Shown here piece by piece: positions 14,201-27,779 of a DNA stretch of 64,000 bases (the first letter of the stretch is position 1; every line of letters starts with the position of its first letter). The DNA is from Camelus ferus (lineage: Eukaryota), in contig NC_045696.1 in the NCBI RefSeq assembly GCF_009834535.1, forward strand, positions 9,798,001-9,862,000. Direction: 5' to 3'. The notes below the pieces were generated by a model. That model was not told the DNA's origin. It saw nothing but the letters and a program-made list of their open reading frames with translations, and searched no databases. A program made the translations under genes and the position numbers.

Positions 14201-14901
14201 TGATTCCCATCTTCCCTGTCACCTACTTCTAAGGAAGCCTAACAATGTAAGATTCTTCCTCCAAACCAGAAACGATGGGGTAAGCAAGCTACCATGAGAG
14301 CTTACAAAGCTTCAAATCAACTTGACAAACTGGCCTCAAAGAATTTCTACAAGGATAATTATCTACAAGGTACTATAAAAATCAAACCTTTGACAAATGT
14401 GAGAAAAAAAATCCCACTACAGAAATTTTGATTAAAATTGATTGGAGCAGATAAAAACATTTTCTATTATGGGTTTTAGGCTCTGGTTGTATACGGCTGT
14501 AAAAGAAGTACATTCGGCTTATTATCTCAACCTACATTCTTAAAAGGATGCACTGAGTAGGCGGACAATACATTGCTCAATGAGGTGTTTAAAGGCAAAA
14601 GTGAAAGAAATGCCAGGAGAAAACAGTGCTTAAGTTGACAAGAAACGTTTCCCACAATCAAAAGCTTATAAATGTGTTGCTCCTGGCATGACCAGTTTTT
14701 GTACCCTGATTACAGATGATTACGGGTCAGCACAAATGCATCCCATTTGCAACACAACACTGCTGGGGTACATACCTGCACACCACCTGGTAGGATGGGG
14801 ATCTGACTGTTAAGAGTACAGTAACTTCTGAGCTGAAATACACAGTGTTCCCCACTGAGCCCATCAAAGGCAGCTGTCAAGTGACTCATGAAGAGACTTA
14901 C

Positions 14902-15041
14902 CCTCCTCGGGTGTGCCGCTGACTATGCGAGGACATCTTGTAAGGAAGCGCCTGTTCGCCCAGGTTCTCCAGGTTCCTCACTACTGCCCCTCTGTCCATC
15001 AGGGCTTCTAGAGTACGTTTCAAAGCAGCAGCAGTCTCTGG
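14902..15041 (-). CDS. MRPS6: MRPS6 coding exon 2 ([47 protein letters not shown])
   Basis: 140 nt, acceptor AACAG|CCA and donor GG|GTAAGT (phase 2). The peptide matches the ribosomal S6 core (LENLG..ALPY). Confidence 0.97.
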
Positions 15042-15129
15042 CTGTTTGGCGGGTTTTGTTTTTAAAAAGAAGAAAAAACAGATCAGAATCATTATTAGAA
15101 CTGGAATGATTAAGTGTGGTCAGTTCCAA

Positions 15130-15550
15130 TCATAACAGCTCTATTGGGAGGGATCTTTGGGGAAAAACAACAGAAATTATCTTTGGCTAAGAAAGTTTAA
15201 AAAAGAGAGAGAGGTATTTATTGTAAGGATATGAGATAGCTCACAGATACGAAGGAAAATCTGAAGAAGCAGGCCTCGGAGAGTCCAGGGACCAGAGCAG
15301 CTCCAGGGATCTGGGAGGCAGGAACTAACTGAGTGGCTTCTTCAGAGCACCTTGGCCAGGATGAATCAGCGCCAGTCACTGCCAGTTCTTGTAGCCCAGG
15401 GCTCAAAATTCAAATTCCAGGGGAAGAGCATCCTATTGGCAGGACACTTTGATTGACCATCTCACCAAAACCATATACAGACAGTGGGAAAAGGGGTTGT
15501 CCCCCAAAGAAAAATTGGGAGATTGTAGCCAAAAGGGGGAAAGGATGAGT
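15130..15550. mobile_element. Old MaLR (MLT1-like) LTR relic
   Basis: Recalled MLT1-like motifs (TTTATTGTAAGGATATG..., CAAAATTCAAATTCCAGGGGAAGAGCATCCTATTGG). Boundaries approximate. Confidence 0.5.
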
Positions 15551-16839
15551 AAGACCCAACCTCTGCCCTCATGGGGCTTACAATCTAATAAAGACATGAA
15601 CACAAAAACTCATGTAAGAAGACCAGAAGGCAGAGTGCAGGAAGTGACACAGGGACCAGAGAGCTCATGAAAAGAGAAAGCAGATTCAGTTGGAAGAAGG
15701 GTTTCATTAGGAGAGCCGACTTATAAGGAGCCCTGGAAAATGACAATGGGAGATGCAAAGAACAAATGAGCCAGGCGCTGAGTAAAGAAGCAAAGACAAG
15801 AAAGTATTGAGGAAATAGCTAGGAGTCCCATCGGTGACGTTCAGGACAAGGGAGGACTGAGAAGTAAGACTATAGGTTGGGTGCAAGTATATAAATAATA
15901 AATATCTGTTATGAAAAACAAAATTCAAACAAAATAGAGTCCCATCATCCAGAGATAAAATTCGTTAAACATTCTGATGAACTGCTTTCCAGATATCTCT
16001 CTATGCATATGTTTACACCAAAAACTTTAGGAAGAAAAGACACTTTACAATGGTAAACAGGAAGACACAACTAATGAAATGTAGAAAATGAGGAAGAGGT
16101 GTGGCAAAGGGGGCACTAAATATGGGGTTGTTATTAACAGCTAAAAAGAAATCTGGAGTAGCTGGCCAGGGACCACAGAAGATGAATCTGGTTTAGGACA
16201 TGCTGAGTCTGAGATACCCACAGCTTCTCCAAGTTAACCTCTCAAGATGTAAACCTTAAGCTCAAAACAACAGGGCAGGTTAGTCATCTGCCGAGAGGGG
16301 CTATCTGAAACCTTGGCAGTAGGTGAGATCACTGAGGGGAATGTAGAGATCACTGAGGATGAGATCCACAGAAGCTTGGGGAGCACAAACACTTGGCGGA
16401 CTGACAAGAGGACTTGAAGTAAGAGAAGCAAACAGCAGAAGGTAAATCAGATCTGCCCTGTCACAGAAACTAAGGGAAGAGGCAGCCTCCAAAACGACAG
16501 GATACAGGGTGGAGATGAAGAAAAAGCCACAGCGTGGTGACCACATGGTCACTTAGCAAGATAGGGCTAGAAGTCAGATTGCAAAGACATCCATGGTAGA
16601 GGTGTGATGGCAACGACGACCAAAAGAAAGTTCCAGAGCCTGAGGGGCAAACATATTCAAGCAAAGTGTTTGAGGAGAGAGAAAACTTAAGCAAGTTACT
16701 AGTTAAAGGGGGAATGAATCAGTCAGAAGATAAAATGTAAGATGCTTTAAACAACGTCATCAATGGCCAACATGATTTGCTGCGTGACTGCTATATGCCC
16801 AATGCTAGTCTAGTGTTCTAATGTCACATAGTTAATCTT

Positions 16840-16867
<28 letters not shown>
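16840..16867. repeat. (CA)n microsatellite
   Basis: About 14 uninterrupted CA units. Confidence 0.95.
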
Positions 16868-16870
<3 letters not shown>

Positions 16871-18102
16871 CAGAGTAAAGAAGGTTTACAGATTTGGAAA
16901 CTGGGACCCTGAGAGATGCCATAACTTTGAGATCACGTGGCAGTTAGCAGGTGGTAGGGCCTGAGGCAAAAAAAAAAGGAACACTGACAAAAGTCAAGTC
17001 AGGGAAAGGAGGCCAGAGGACACCTGGGCAAGCAAAAGGGAACTTCTCAAAGACATAAATGAAGAAATGCAAGTAAAGAAATCGTGAAGTGCAGGGGTGA
17101 ACTTATGAAAAGCCTACCTTCCAGTGGCTCATTTTAGATCAAATGAAAAGAAAACTGCAGAACAAATTTTAAGTATGCATTCCAGTAGCCCAAGAAGAAT
17201 CCACAATATAGCTGTATATTTTCTTTCTGACAAATACTGCTGAAATGCTGTGAATATACTAAGTATTAGTTTAAGGTTCAGAAATAAAATTTCTCCTTTC
17301 ATTCCTATTGTAGCCCACCATAGACTTCAAAAATACCTAATGAAAATTATGTGAATTTATATATTTAATCACCCTTATGATAAACGGAAATTTCATGAAA
17401 ATAAAAACAGGAGCCAACTATCTCTTTGCATTAACACTAACTAGGTAAAAGTCTACAGCAATTTCTCCTTATGATTGCAAACAAACATTCTTATATAGTT
17501 CCAACAAAATGGAGACTAAATTCTCCTCATATTTCACTAGCAGGTATTTACAAATTTTGCAGAAACCTCATTCCTAACAACAGTTAATATTTCATTTCAT
17601 TTAAAATACTATTTACTGATACAATTAACTGATAAGGTGGATGAACAGTCTATCCAAATAAAGAATGGGTAAAAAAAAAATACTTTGATTGATTATAGTC
17701 TTCTGATTAGCTACTCAAAGCATTAATTTTAATTTCAGTTTTGCCTGATTAAAAAGGAATATATCTCAATACCTCTTGTTTAAATTCCAAGTGAAGTGTT
17801 AACAGTGTGAAAAATGGAGCACCCTCTTCTGAAGTAAGAGCTTGTAAAATAAAAGATTTTCTTCCGTCCAAAAAAGGGTAAAGGCTACCTAACAAGAATG
17901 CAACTTAGGAAAATATCAGAACACATTTCGACCTCAGTAATGTCAAGGTCAAACTGTAGACTGCTTGAATGACCAAATTCATTTCACTGTAGCTTCAGAA
18001 TACCCAGAAGTGTAAAAAGAAGAAGGGGCTAAAAGAGTCCCTGTTTATTAAGGGAGCTCAACTTGTACCTTACACCATATACCTCACCTCATCACTCTAA
18101 AT

Positions 18103-18292
18103 CAAGGGTCAGCAAACAAAGCCTGTGGCCCAAATCTCGCTCACAACTTGTTTCTGCAAATAAAGTTTGATTGGAGCGCAGCCAGCTTATGCATTTATGT
18201 AGTGTCCGCGGCAGCTCTCGTGGTAAAAGCAGACCTGCAGTTACAGCAGAGACTGTATGGCCCACAAGCCTGAATTACTTACTATCTGGCCA
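18103..18292 (+). mobile_element. MER58A-like hAT-Charlie MITE
   Basis: Starts CAAGGGTCAGCAAAC; internal GCAAATAAAGTTTGATTGG and GAGACTGTATGGCCCACAAGCCTG. Confidence 0.7.
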
Positions 18293-19627
18293 GCTTCTGC
18301 TCTACCTTCTAACGGGCTGAGGGAAGCTGGCAAAGCCTCAATCCACTCACCTTAAAATGCACCATGTGAACCTGGGCCCCTGGGGTACAGACAGTGCACT
18401 CCCATGGGATCAGTCCTCAGGGAGACACGCAGGGCACCAGCCTAATAAGGAATATCAGCCTGACTGTTCAGATCATCACAGGACTCAGAAGGGATTCTGC
18501 AAAATCAGCGCTCCATCCACCAAGCTCCTAATATATCAATACAGGATTTCAAATTGCCTCATTTGGTGAAACCTACATATTTATTAATATAAAATTTTAG
18601 GCTTCAAAAAAAAAAAGTTCTGCTCAATACAGCACAATGTTCAATTTGTAAAAACATATGGTCTACAGGAAGCACATGATCTTGCTGCCGTAATTCTCAT
18701 TTACAAGGTCTCTGAACCACTTAATTCCAACTATTCTAAGAGAGGTTGTGCACACGCGCTCCTTATAGGCTTCTCTCACCCCATCTGAAAGCAGCTCCCT
18801 CAGACTTTCCTCCAATCCACCATATGTCAATGAAACACAATTTTGTTACAGCACAGATTGGAGGGCGGAAATCGCTCACTTGAAAAAAATATGGAAAAGA
18901 AACAGTGAATGAATGTGAATGGGAGCTAGGAAAACTGGACTGCAGTCCCTGCTCCTCCACTAATGTCAGACAACCCTGGATAAACTATTAAAATTTATCC
19001 ATTTTAAATTGTGCCTCACTTTCCTCGTGTGCTACATTAGTGATTCTCAACAAATTTTCTGTTTCTGTAAGCTTCACGTATACATTTATGTCACAATTCT
19101 CAAAATATCCTGGAGTCACCCAATGTTTTTTAAAAGTCTCTCTTTTCTTTCTGTGTTCCTCATTCTGACCTCCTCATCACCCAGAAGTGCCCCAAACCCC
19201 AACCCCAGGGACTCCTTGTGTCACCCCGTTTACTTCCACACAGCAACACTCTTTCATCACTAGAATGGAAGCTTCAGGAGAGCAAGGACTTTTGTCTATC
19301 TGGTACACAACTGTACTCCTTAAGTCCACATCACGAAGCTGGCACTAGAAATGGTTGTTGAATAAATTAATGCATCAATTGTACCTCCCAAAGAGGGTCT
19401 CTTGCTTACGTACTCCAGTTTCCCTGCTCCACCAGGAATCTGAAGCTTCCTCCTTTCTCTAATACAATTTGAAGCTACTTTTCATAAACACAAAGCTCAC
19501 TATCAGGGTAGTGACTGCAATACTGAAGCAAAATTATAGTACTAGTGTTTTTATGTTTACTTCACGTAGCGCCAAAATGTTTTTTTTTTTTAAATACAAA
19601 TTTGCAGTTTAAAAGAATCTAACAGAA

Positions 19628-19825
19628 GGAGCTCAGTGGCAGAGTGCATGCTTAGCATGCACGAGGTCTTGGGTTCAATCCTTGGTACCGACATTAAATA
19701 AATAAATAAGCCCAATTACCTACCCCCAAAAAACTTAAAAATATGTATGTATAACTAAATCACTATGCTGCACACCAGAAATTAACAAAACATTGTAAAC
19801 CAACTATACTTCAATTAAAAAAAAA
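19628..19825 (+). mobile_element. tRNA-derived SINE (Vic-1-like) joined to an L1 3' terminus
   Basis: A box GCTCAGTGGCAGAG, B box GGTTCAATCC and (AAAT)n-CCCAATTACC body, followed by L1 tail TGCTGCACACCAGAAATTAAC...CAACTATACTTCAATTA(n). Confidence 0.8.
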
Positions 19826-20591
19826 GAATCCAGAATTCATCCAATAGAAGTGAAACTAAATATATTTCAAAAATATAAAGTTCAAATATATATAAACATA
19901 AATGTTAAACTTAGATTGTTCTGATTATTTGCTGATAACATAAGAATTTACACTAAACAATACTTCAAGAAAATTCACCCTAAGAGAAAATTAAAACCAA
20001 ATTTTGATCTTATTATTAATGATTACTCAAACTACTGGTATCCAGGCCACAAAAGCCCACCTTAGGGAAACCTCAACAGCTGACTTCAAATACTTTCAGG
20101 GCTACTATGCAAACGACAGATATGTCTTATTTTGATTGGACCCTGAGAGTTTGACTGGAATCAATGGGTAAAAATTACAGAGAAACAGAGCCTTGACATA
20201 TAAAGGACACATTTCTGAAAATGACAGCTCCATGGACGTGAAATAGGCTGCCCTGTGAAGCAATGACCTTTCCGTCACTCGAAGTGCAAAGACTGGGATG
20301 ACCATCGGATCAATCTTTCCACTGGGTGGGAGGTTAGACTTGCCAACTTCTAAAGCCCCTGCCAAGATTAAATTCTAATACTATTCCGGCACCATTCTGA
20401 AGGACGTTCTGAAGTGAAACTGCCTTTTAAAAAACACTACGATTGCATGGTGGTGAGAAATACACTGACTACTAATAAAGTTTGGTGCTGGTGCCTAGAT
20501 TTATACTAAGACACCAGCTGTTTTACCCACTACTGCTTTTGCAGTGATCCCCTAAAAAGGTCTCTGAGAAGTCCAAGGCTTTTCAGGTCAC

Positions 20592-20800
20592 TTTTTATTT
20601 TAATTGAAGTATAGCCAGCTTACAATGTTGTGTTAGTTTCTGGTATAGAGCAGAGTGATTCAGTTATACATATATATATTCTTTTCATATTCTTTTTCAT
20701 TACAGGTTATTACAAGTTTTGAATGTAGTTCCCTGTGCTGCACAGTAGGACCTTGTTTTTCATCTATTCTATATACAGTAGTTGGAATCTGCTAATCCCA
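20592..20800 (-). mobile_element. 5'-truncated L1 (~210 bp 3' end)
   Basis: TTTTAATTGAAGTATAG...TACAATGTTGTGTTAGTTTCTGG L1 tail with degenerate TSD TCAG(G/A)TCAC(T/A)TTTT at 20583 and 20802. Confidence 0.85.
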
Positions 20801-23039
20801 CTCAGATCACATTTTGAAAACTGCAGTTCTAGGAATTCTAATGGGCAAAGTTTCTATGACAACAAGGAGACAAGGAAAATAAAAGGAAGTACATCTCCCC
20901 TTGCCCCCCAAATAAAATTCCCAATTCAGTAAGGTTATTACTAAGCTAATAATTCACAGAAGTACCACAAACATCACCATAGGTCAATGACCAGTATTTA
21001 ATCTAATTCAACATATTTTCATCCCAGAAGAGAAGCATGTCAACAAAATTATCTTGTAAATTAGATTCTCTGGCCAAGACAGTTTTGAGCCAGTGGCCCT
21101 AGGGTGCACCTGGGTATCACTACAAAACCGTCACAGCCTACCAGGAAATGAAAATGACACAGAATCCACAACACATAGTGGCATGTAGCATCTACCTACC
21201 TACACCCTGCCTTTCTCATGTTACAAAGGGCCGTGCAGCAACCAGGAGCAAGTCTAAGATTTAGGAAAGCAGGAGCCAGGTCATAAAACTGTTAAAATCT
21301 GTGAAAATGTAAATGTAAAAGCCTTTCCCACTCTTTGTTGCATCTTAATTCCAAGGTTTAGCTCCTTAAGAAAATATCCTTGAAATTTGCATTTCCAAAT
21401 ACAGAGAAAGTCCCAGGAAAGTCTGCATTGAGATTCTCACAGCAGTTTGGAAGAGAAAATCTGTGAGTATCTTTCAACAGTAGTATTAGCTTCCAGGGAA
21501 GTTCTGTCACTAGCAGACCTTGGTGGGAAGAACAGAATGGACACCACCTACCTCAAAATGTGTGAAGTGCCGGCCCTGCCTAACACCATCTACGGTGCCC
21601 AACTCTGAGAATGATTCCATGGGAACTGTTTTATCAAATATTTTTATGACTCAAGAGAACCCCTTTACCCCACAATTTATTGAATCAAGAGCTGTAGTTC
21701 TCCTGGTAATTAAGGGCAAAAATTACTAAGTACAGAAGCTATTTTAAAAATTAGAATAAAATTCACTAAGGGCAAGTCTAGAACAGTAAAAAAAAAAAAA
21801 AACCACAAAGCTAAACAAATACATGCTGGAACATGATTATACTTACCTACAGTGGACTATTATACACTCTGTAACTTGTAGGTAAGTGACTAGAAGAGTA
21901 ACTTACAGACTCTTTGAAGGTAAAAGATAGAAAACACTTTTAAGAACTAACTGCTATACTACTTTGCCCATGAATCATATTTAACAGATCATTTACCAGA
22001 AAGAGAGAATAATCATGAACAAAGACTTTACAGACTTTAAAAAGCGGGGGAGAGAATGAGGGAAGAAGAGAAGGGAACCCATCAATACACATCAAGTGTA
22101 CTAGGAAAGTAACAAATACTGTAATTCAGTGAAAAACTGCTTCTTTTTATAAGCCACTGCTGTGTGCTCTGCAAAATGAAAAATACCTCAAAAATTTTAA
22201 ATAATGCTAAATACTGCAGATTTACAGCTCAGATATATCAAGTGGTCATTTAACCATTAAAGCAACAGAGCTCTAAGAGTTCCTTAAGTATGTACTAAGT
22301 GAAAAGCACTCATGAATATGATATTCAACTTACACAATCACCTTTTTGAGACACAGTTATGGGAGGGGGGCACCTATAAATCCCCACTGGGGAATGATTT
22401 TAAAATAATCTTAATGGCATAAATCAGCTGTAAAAAAGAAGGTGCATACATCCACACCTGGAAATGGAGTGACAGCAAACTGAATGATCTCTTATAAACA
22501 CACCAAACTCTGTGGGTATCAGAAATATAGGTTGTACTTTAAGAAACTGCCATTTGGGGGGATCAAGAACAGTCCAAATATTGACCATTTCTTAAGGCTT
22601 AACCTAATATTTATCCACAAACATTCCTTTCAAAGTGTGTCCCTCAAGACAAGTATTTCCAAGTTTCTCACTATGAAATCCACCTCTAATAGGGTAGCCA
22701 TGGGGATATGAAATACAAATTCCCTGCCCTTTAGAAGTCTGTGATGTAGATATGCAGACACACGTAAGTCACTAATAAAAAGGAGGGTGAAATATTTCTG
22801 ACTGGTGAGTTAGAGATGGCAGACTTCAGCCAGATCCAAAAGACTGAGCATCTCTGTAAGAGGTGGAAGGACAGTCAGTCAGCATCCTCTCAGAACAGGT
22901 TGCACTAACAGGATGACAGGAAGACGGTTCTGATAGAATTTATATTTGGGGTGGAATCGATGTGGGCACTGTGCTGGGTATAGGTAGAATCCACTGCTTT
23001 TTTCCACTCATGGCAATTTTTTGCCTACATTAAGATTTC

Positions 23040-23560
23040 AGTGTCTTCAAACACACTTTTGGTAAAAATGTCAACTTTCTGGAGATCAAATACGGCAATC
23101 TATATTAGTTTAAAATGTGTATACCTTCAATCTATGGCCATTTTTAGGAAATTAAGAAAACGGCCATACCGAAGTATAAGGATTTAGCTATGAAAACATT
23201 CACCACAAAGCTACCAGGACAGTGAATAGATGGAAAAGTATTTGTCCACTAACAGGAGTCTGGTTCAATAAAGTATTTTCACTGATTGAACAACTACTAT
23301 GCAGCCATTAAAAAACAAGATGTTGATCCTTATACATGGACATGAAAATATTTTAAAAATAAAATTAAAAAAAATCAGCATGTAGGGTCAATCCAGTTTT
23401 TTTCTAAAAGAAAAAAAAGTACTAACGTACATGTACATTTAGAAAGTCTACATGAACATACAGCTGAATGACATTAGTTTTCCACAGGTAGTAAGATGAG
23501 AGGTGTATTCTTTCTCCTCTTTGCTTTATTATCTGATTTCTCTTACAATGAGCAATGAAA
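23040..23560 (+). mobile_element. Ancient L1ME-like 3' fragment
   Basis: ACTACTATGCAGCCATTAAAAA and similar L1 3' motifs, highly diverged. Confidence 0.55.
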
Positions 23561-24529
23561 GATGTTTTAAAAATTAAACCTGGGGAGGGGGAGGGCGGAT
23601 TCAGTTTTATTTTGTTTTAAGAATTTCTTCCCCTAAGTCTATGACAATATGCCATAATTTGTGAATTCTGTGTCAAAGCCCTGAAACTATGCCTCAACGT
23701 TTACAACTCATTCACTGACTCCACATCATTTACGTTTTAAATAATGTAATAAGCAGAGAGGTACAGATGGAAAGCTTTCAGTGGTTCCTGAAAGAGCCGT
23801 GCAAGCTATACTTCCAGCATCATGAGCTATTACAACTGGCTGCTCTGCCCCTTGGGAATCAGAGGGAAAACGAATCTAGTCGAAGACAGAAGCCCAGAGA
23901 TCTCTGTTTCTAGAATCAGGGCAACCAAAGAGATGTTATGGGACAGGGCCAAGTTTGGCCTTGAGAACACAGCAGCCAATAAAAGCAAGATGGTAAGAAA
24001 AACAAGAAAGAGGAGCCTGCCTATTCTATGGTCATGCAACCAGGACTGAGGTTCTGGCGATCTGGGAAATGTAACAGAAAAACGTATTCTCTGAACAATG
24101 TGATGAAAATAAAAACAACCCAGGGAAGAATGCAAGAAAAGAAATCAGAGGAGTAAGGATCCAACAATTACCAAGTTTGGCAAAGATCAACGCCATGCCA
24201 AAAGCAAAGTGCAAGAAATAAAACAGAGTCATAGTTCACAGCATTGCTGAATTTGTAACTAGAAAAGCGGTAGGATGGTTGGTAAAGCACTTCAGCTGCA
24301 AGGCAGGTGGAATGCCTTTAAATCATAAACTGGACTTACTTTAAATGTAGTGGGCATCCAAGGGACCCCCTGAAACTAGTCTGTGCTGAGACATCAATAT
24401 CAGTATTGATATCAAAAGATTACAAATGAATAAATTTAAATCCACTGGTTTTCAAGGTCTCAAGTCAAAGAATGTCATTCAGAGGCCATTTAAGGCCATT
24501 TAAGGGGGCTCGTCAAGGCGTTCCTCTAG

Positions 24530-24680
24530 AGTACATTAGAATCACCTAGGGAGTTTTAAAAGTGAGATGTCTATGTCTCACCCTCAGATATTTTTATTCA
24601 GTTGGCCTGGGGATTCATCAATCTTGGGCACTAGGATTTTTTTAAAGCTCCCCAGGTGTGGACGAAGGTGAGAACCACAT
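24530..24680. mobile_element. MER5A-like hAT MITE
   Basis: CATTAGAATCACCTAGGGAG...TTTTTAAAGCTCCCCAGGTG...GAGAACCAC. Confidence 0.7.
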
Positions 24681-26142
24681 TCTAGTAGGAAGTTGGCTGG
24701 CTTCTTTCTTATCACCCCTAAGATGAATGATTCTGGCTGAACTGCAGTTTATAAAGGATTTTCAGCAATGATCTCCTCCAACTCTAATTTAAGGAACATA
24801 AAAGCTCCACTTTTCTCACAGTAATAATGTAGCCCCCCGAATATGAAATGACAGTCCCCAAAGGTCACTACTTGTGGTTAATTCTACCTGAACAGCTGGA
24901 AAAATACCAAAAATAAGGTACCCAGGTTCACTGTTCTGAGAACATTCCAAAATTCACAGTCTTTTTACTGGGAAATTTCCATTTCTATCCTCCTCATTCC
25001 CTTCCAGATGCACTTACGGATGAATAAAAGATGGGAAACAGGAAGACTGGCAGGAGTCCTGGTTACTATGGCAGCAAGTGAATGAAATGCCACAGCTCAT
25101 GAAACTGATAGTGAGAGCAGGCATCAGGTAGACATCATCAAGCCGTGCCTGTCCTGCTGATCGCTCTCCTTCATGCACAATTCAGTTCCCTGCCTTCACC
25201 TTATATTTCAACCTGTTCAGAGAGGAGGGGTGGAATGGAATGACAGGAAGATCAGGAAAGGTGAGAATCAGCAAAGGATTCTGATGTAGAGACAAAAGGG
25301 TTAGAAGAAATCTCTATTTAGATCATGTGAATCTTCTAAGCATTGGTGTACGGGTTTAGCAAAAGTATCAGTAAGTTGACTGGGTTAAGAGAAATTTTTT
25401 AAAACATGCCTTGATACAGTCAGAAACTTGGGCTTTGGCAAGAGAGTCAGATTTGCATACCTTGCTGAACAACAGACCAAAAGTGTGTCCACCACCAAGC
25501 CACTACAGTGGTGCTCAGTGCAAGTGATAGGATGAAGGTACCACTCTGAAAAGCAGGGAGGAGAAAGGGTATAAAAGCACAGAGGAATTAAAGGAATAAG
25601 ACATCCTTCAAGATTCAGCTACCTCCTAGGAAAGTGTGCCTTTCCTCCATAACCCCATGTGTATCTCTCTCAATCCACATACATCTTGCAAGTGTAATTA
25701 CGTAGAAGTACATCCCCTTCCCTAACTAAGCCTCTTCAAGGTTGCTTCTTACTCATCTTAGTAAAGATGCTGGAGATGCAAAGAATCTGGCACATACTCA
25801 ATAAATGTTTGATGAACATGTATGTCAAAAGAATAAATGGAAAGATGAGAGATGGAAGTTGCCAGCTGTACTTTATTCAACTGAAAAGAGGATTAAACCA
25901 AGTAATAAAATTCAAGGAGAAATAAGACCTTCATTGCAAAAAGGAAAACAGCACCTTACATGTAAATTTTTTTCTTTTAAAGGCGAAGATGCCTAACAAA
26001 TTTAAGCATATCCTGTTAGTCAAACACAGAGATGTACGATGTACAGTCAAGGAGCTAGGAGCAGGAGAAAGATGGAAACAAAGATCCAGTCAGAAACTCA
26101 AAAAGGTGCCTCCAAACTTCTAAAGATTCTTGGGACATAATT

Positions 26143-26192
26143 AAAAACAAAAACAAAAACAAAAACAAAAACAAAAACAAAAACAAAAAACA
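26143..26192. repeat. (AAAAAC)n repeat
   Basis: About 8 units. Confidence 0.95.
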
Positions 26193-26817
26193 ATGGACAT
26201 TAGACTCCTACTGTGTACAGAAAATATCAAAGCAAAACTCAGACTATAAAAACCTCTGGAAGTGGAGCCAGCAAGTCCCATATAGATACAACAGTATTTT
26301 AGAGGGTATGACAATAAAAATTCATATTAGAATTGGAAGAAGAATAAAACCCAAAGGAATGGTAGCTCCCATTCTGTTTTATTTATTTCTCATTCCAGTC
26401 TTACATCAGTAACATCTCCCCTGGTGTACTGTATTCAACATGGAGGCCACACATAAAAAGGGACATCAATTGCCTCAAAGTTGCCCAGGAGAAAAAAAAA
26501 AAAAGATGGTAAAGTATCTGAAATCCATGTCCTGTGATGCACACACCAGAGAATGGAGATTAAGCCTGATTCTGAGACTGAAAATTGAAGACTGTATTTA
26601 TCTTGAATATTTATCATCAGATACTCAAAGAGAAAGAAAGCTACACTTCAGGGGCATAACTTGGACTACCGAATGAAAGTCAGAGGCGAATTTGAGGTCA
26701 TAAGAAAACTCTTTAAAATCAGAACTTTTACAAAATGAAATGAACATTCAGGAGTGGGGACTGATAAAGTTCTAGTTCTCATGGGTGGTGGCTGCATAGA
26801 TGTCTGCTTCACAGTTA

Positions 26818-27425
26818 CAGTGGATGCTCATTATTCGTGGATTTCAAATATGCCAATTCACCTACCAAAATGTCTGTAACCTCCAAACCAACACTCCCAC
26901 TGCAGAGTGGTGAACAGTACGCACATTCCCAGCTCAGGTCCAACGTGATGCTCTCTCTTCTTGTTTCAGCCCCCACTATGAATAAGAGTTCTTTTCACGG
27001 TCTATGTAGTGCCATGTTTTTCACACTTTTCTGCTTTTTTTGCTGATTTCACTGTTTAAAGTGGCCCAAGTGCAGTACTGAAGTACTTACTGTCTAGTGT
27101 TTCCAAATGCAATAATATATGATGTCCCTTATGGAGGAAATACGTGTATTAAGTAAGCTTTGTTCAGGCATGAGTTAGGGTGCTGCTGGCCTTGAGATCA
27201 ATGTTTATGAACCAACAATATATTTTAAATATGATGTCTTTAAACCAAGACACATGAAACACAATTATGTACTGACTGGTTGACCAAAATGTGGTGACCA
27301 GCCAGAGACTGGCAGGAACCTAACCATGCATTTCCCCAAGGGGCAACGACTTCATATTCACTAATTCAAGTGTTAGGCGCAACTTTATGGACTGTAACTA
27401 CCACAAATAACAATAATCAATCGCA
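26818..27425 (-). mobile_element. MER82-like TcMar-Tigger element
   Basis: TA-preceded terminus CAGTGGATGCTCATTATTCGTGG, a degenerate inverted copy near 27400-27425, and internal AAGCTTTGTTCAGGCATGAGTTA. Confidence 0.75.
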
Positions 27426-27779
27426 TTCACTACTTTGTACACCTGTTCATGTTTCATGGACTGAGAATGTATGCCAAATTTCACAAAAATATTTTGATAG
27501 GTGGGATTTGTGCTTGGTACAGAAAAATCAAATAGACAACTTCTAAGGCCCCTTCAAAATGGGAGTAACCATTAACTTTGCACTTAAAGAGATAAACAGA
27601 ATTTTGAAACTCCCGTTGTGCTTCTGGTTGTCAACATGTTCTTTTAAGATAAGACAGAAATGGGCAATAGACTCTGAAATATCAAGTTTCAAATGCTAAG
27701 TGGAGAATGGATGTCAGGATTTCCTAGTAAGTTAGAGGATTCAACACAAGCATATACAAAAGAGTTGGAGGTCTTAAAA

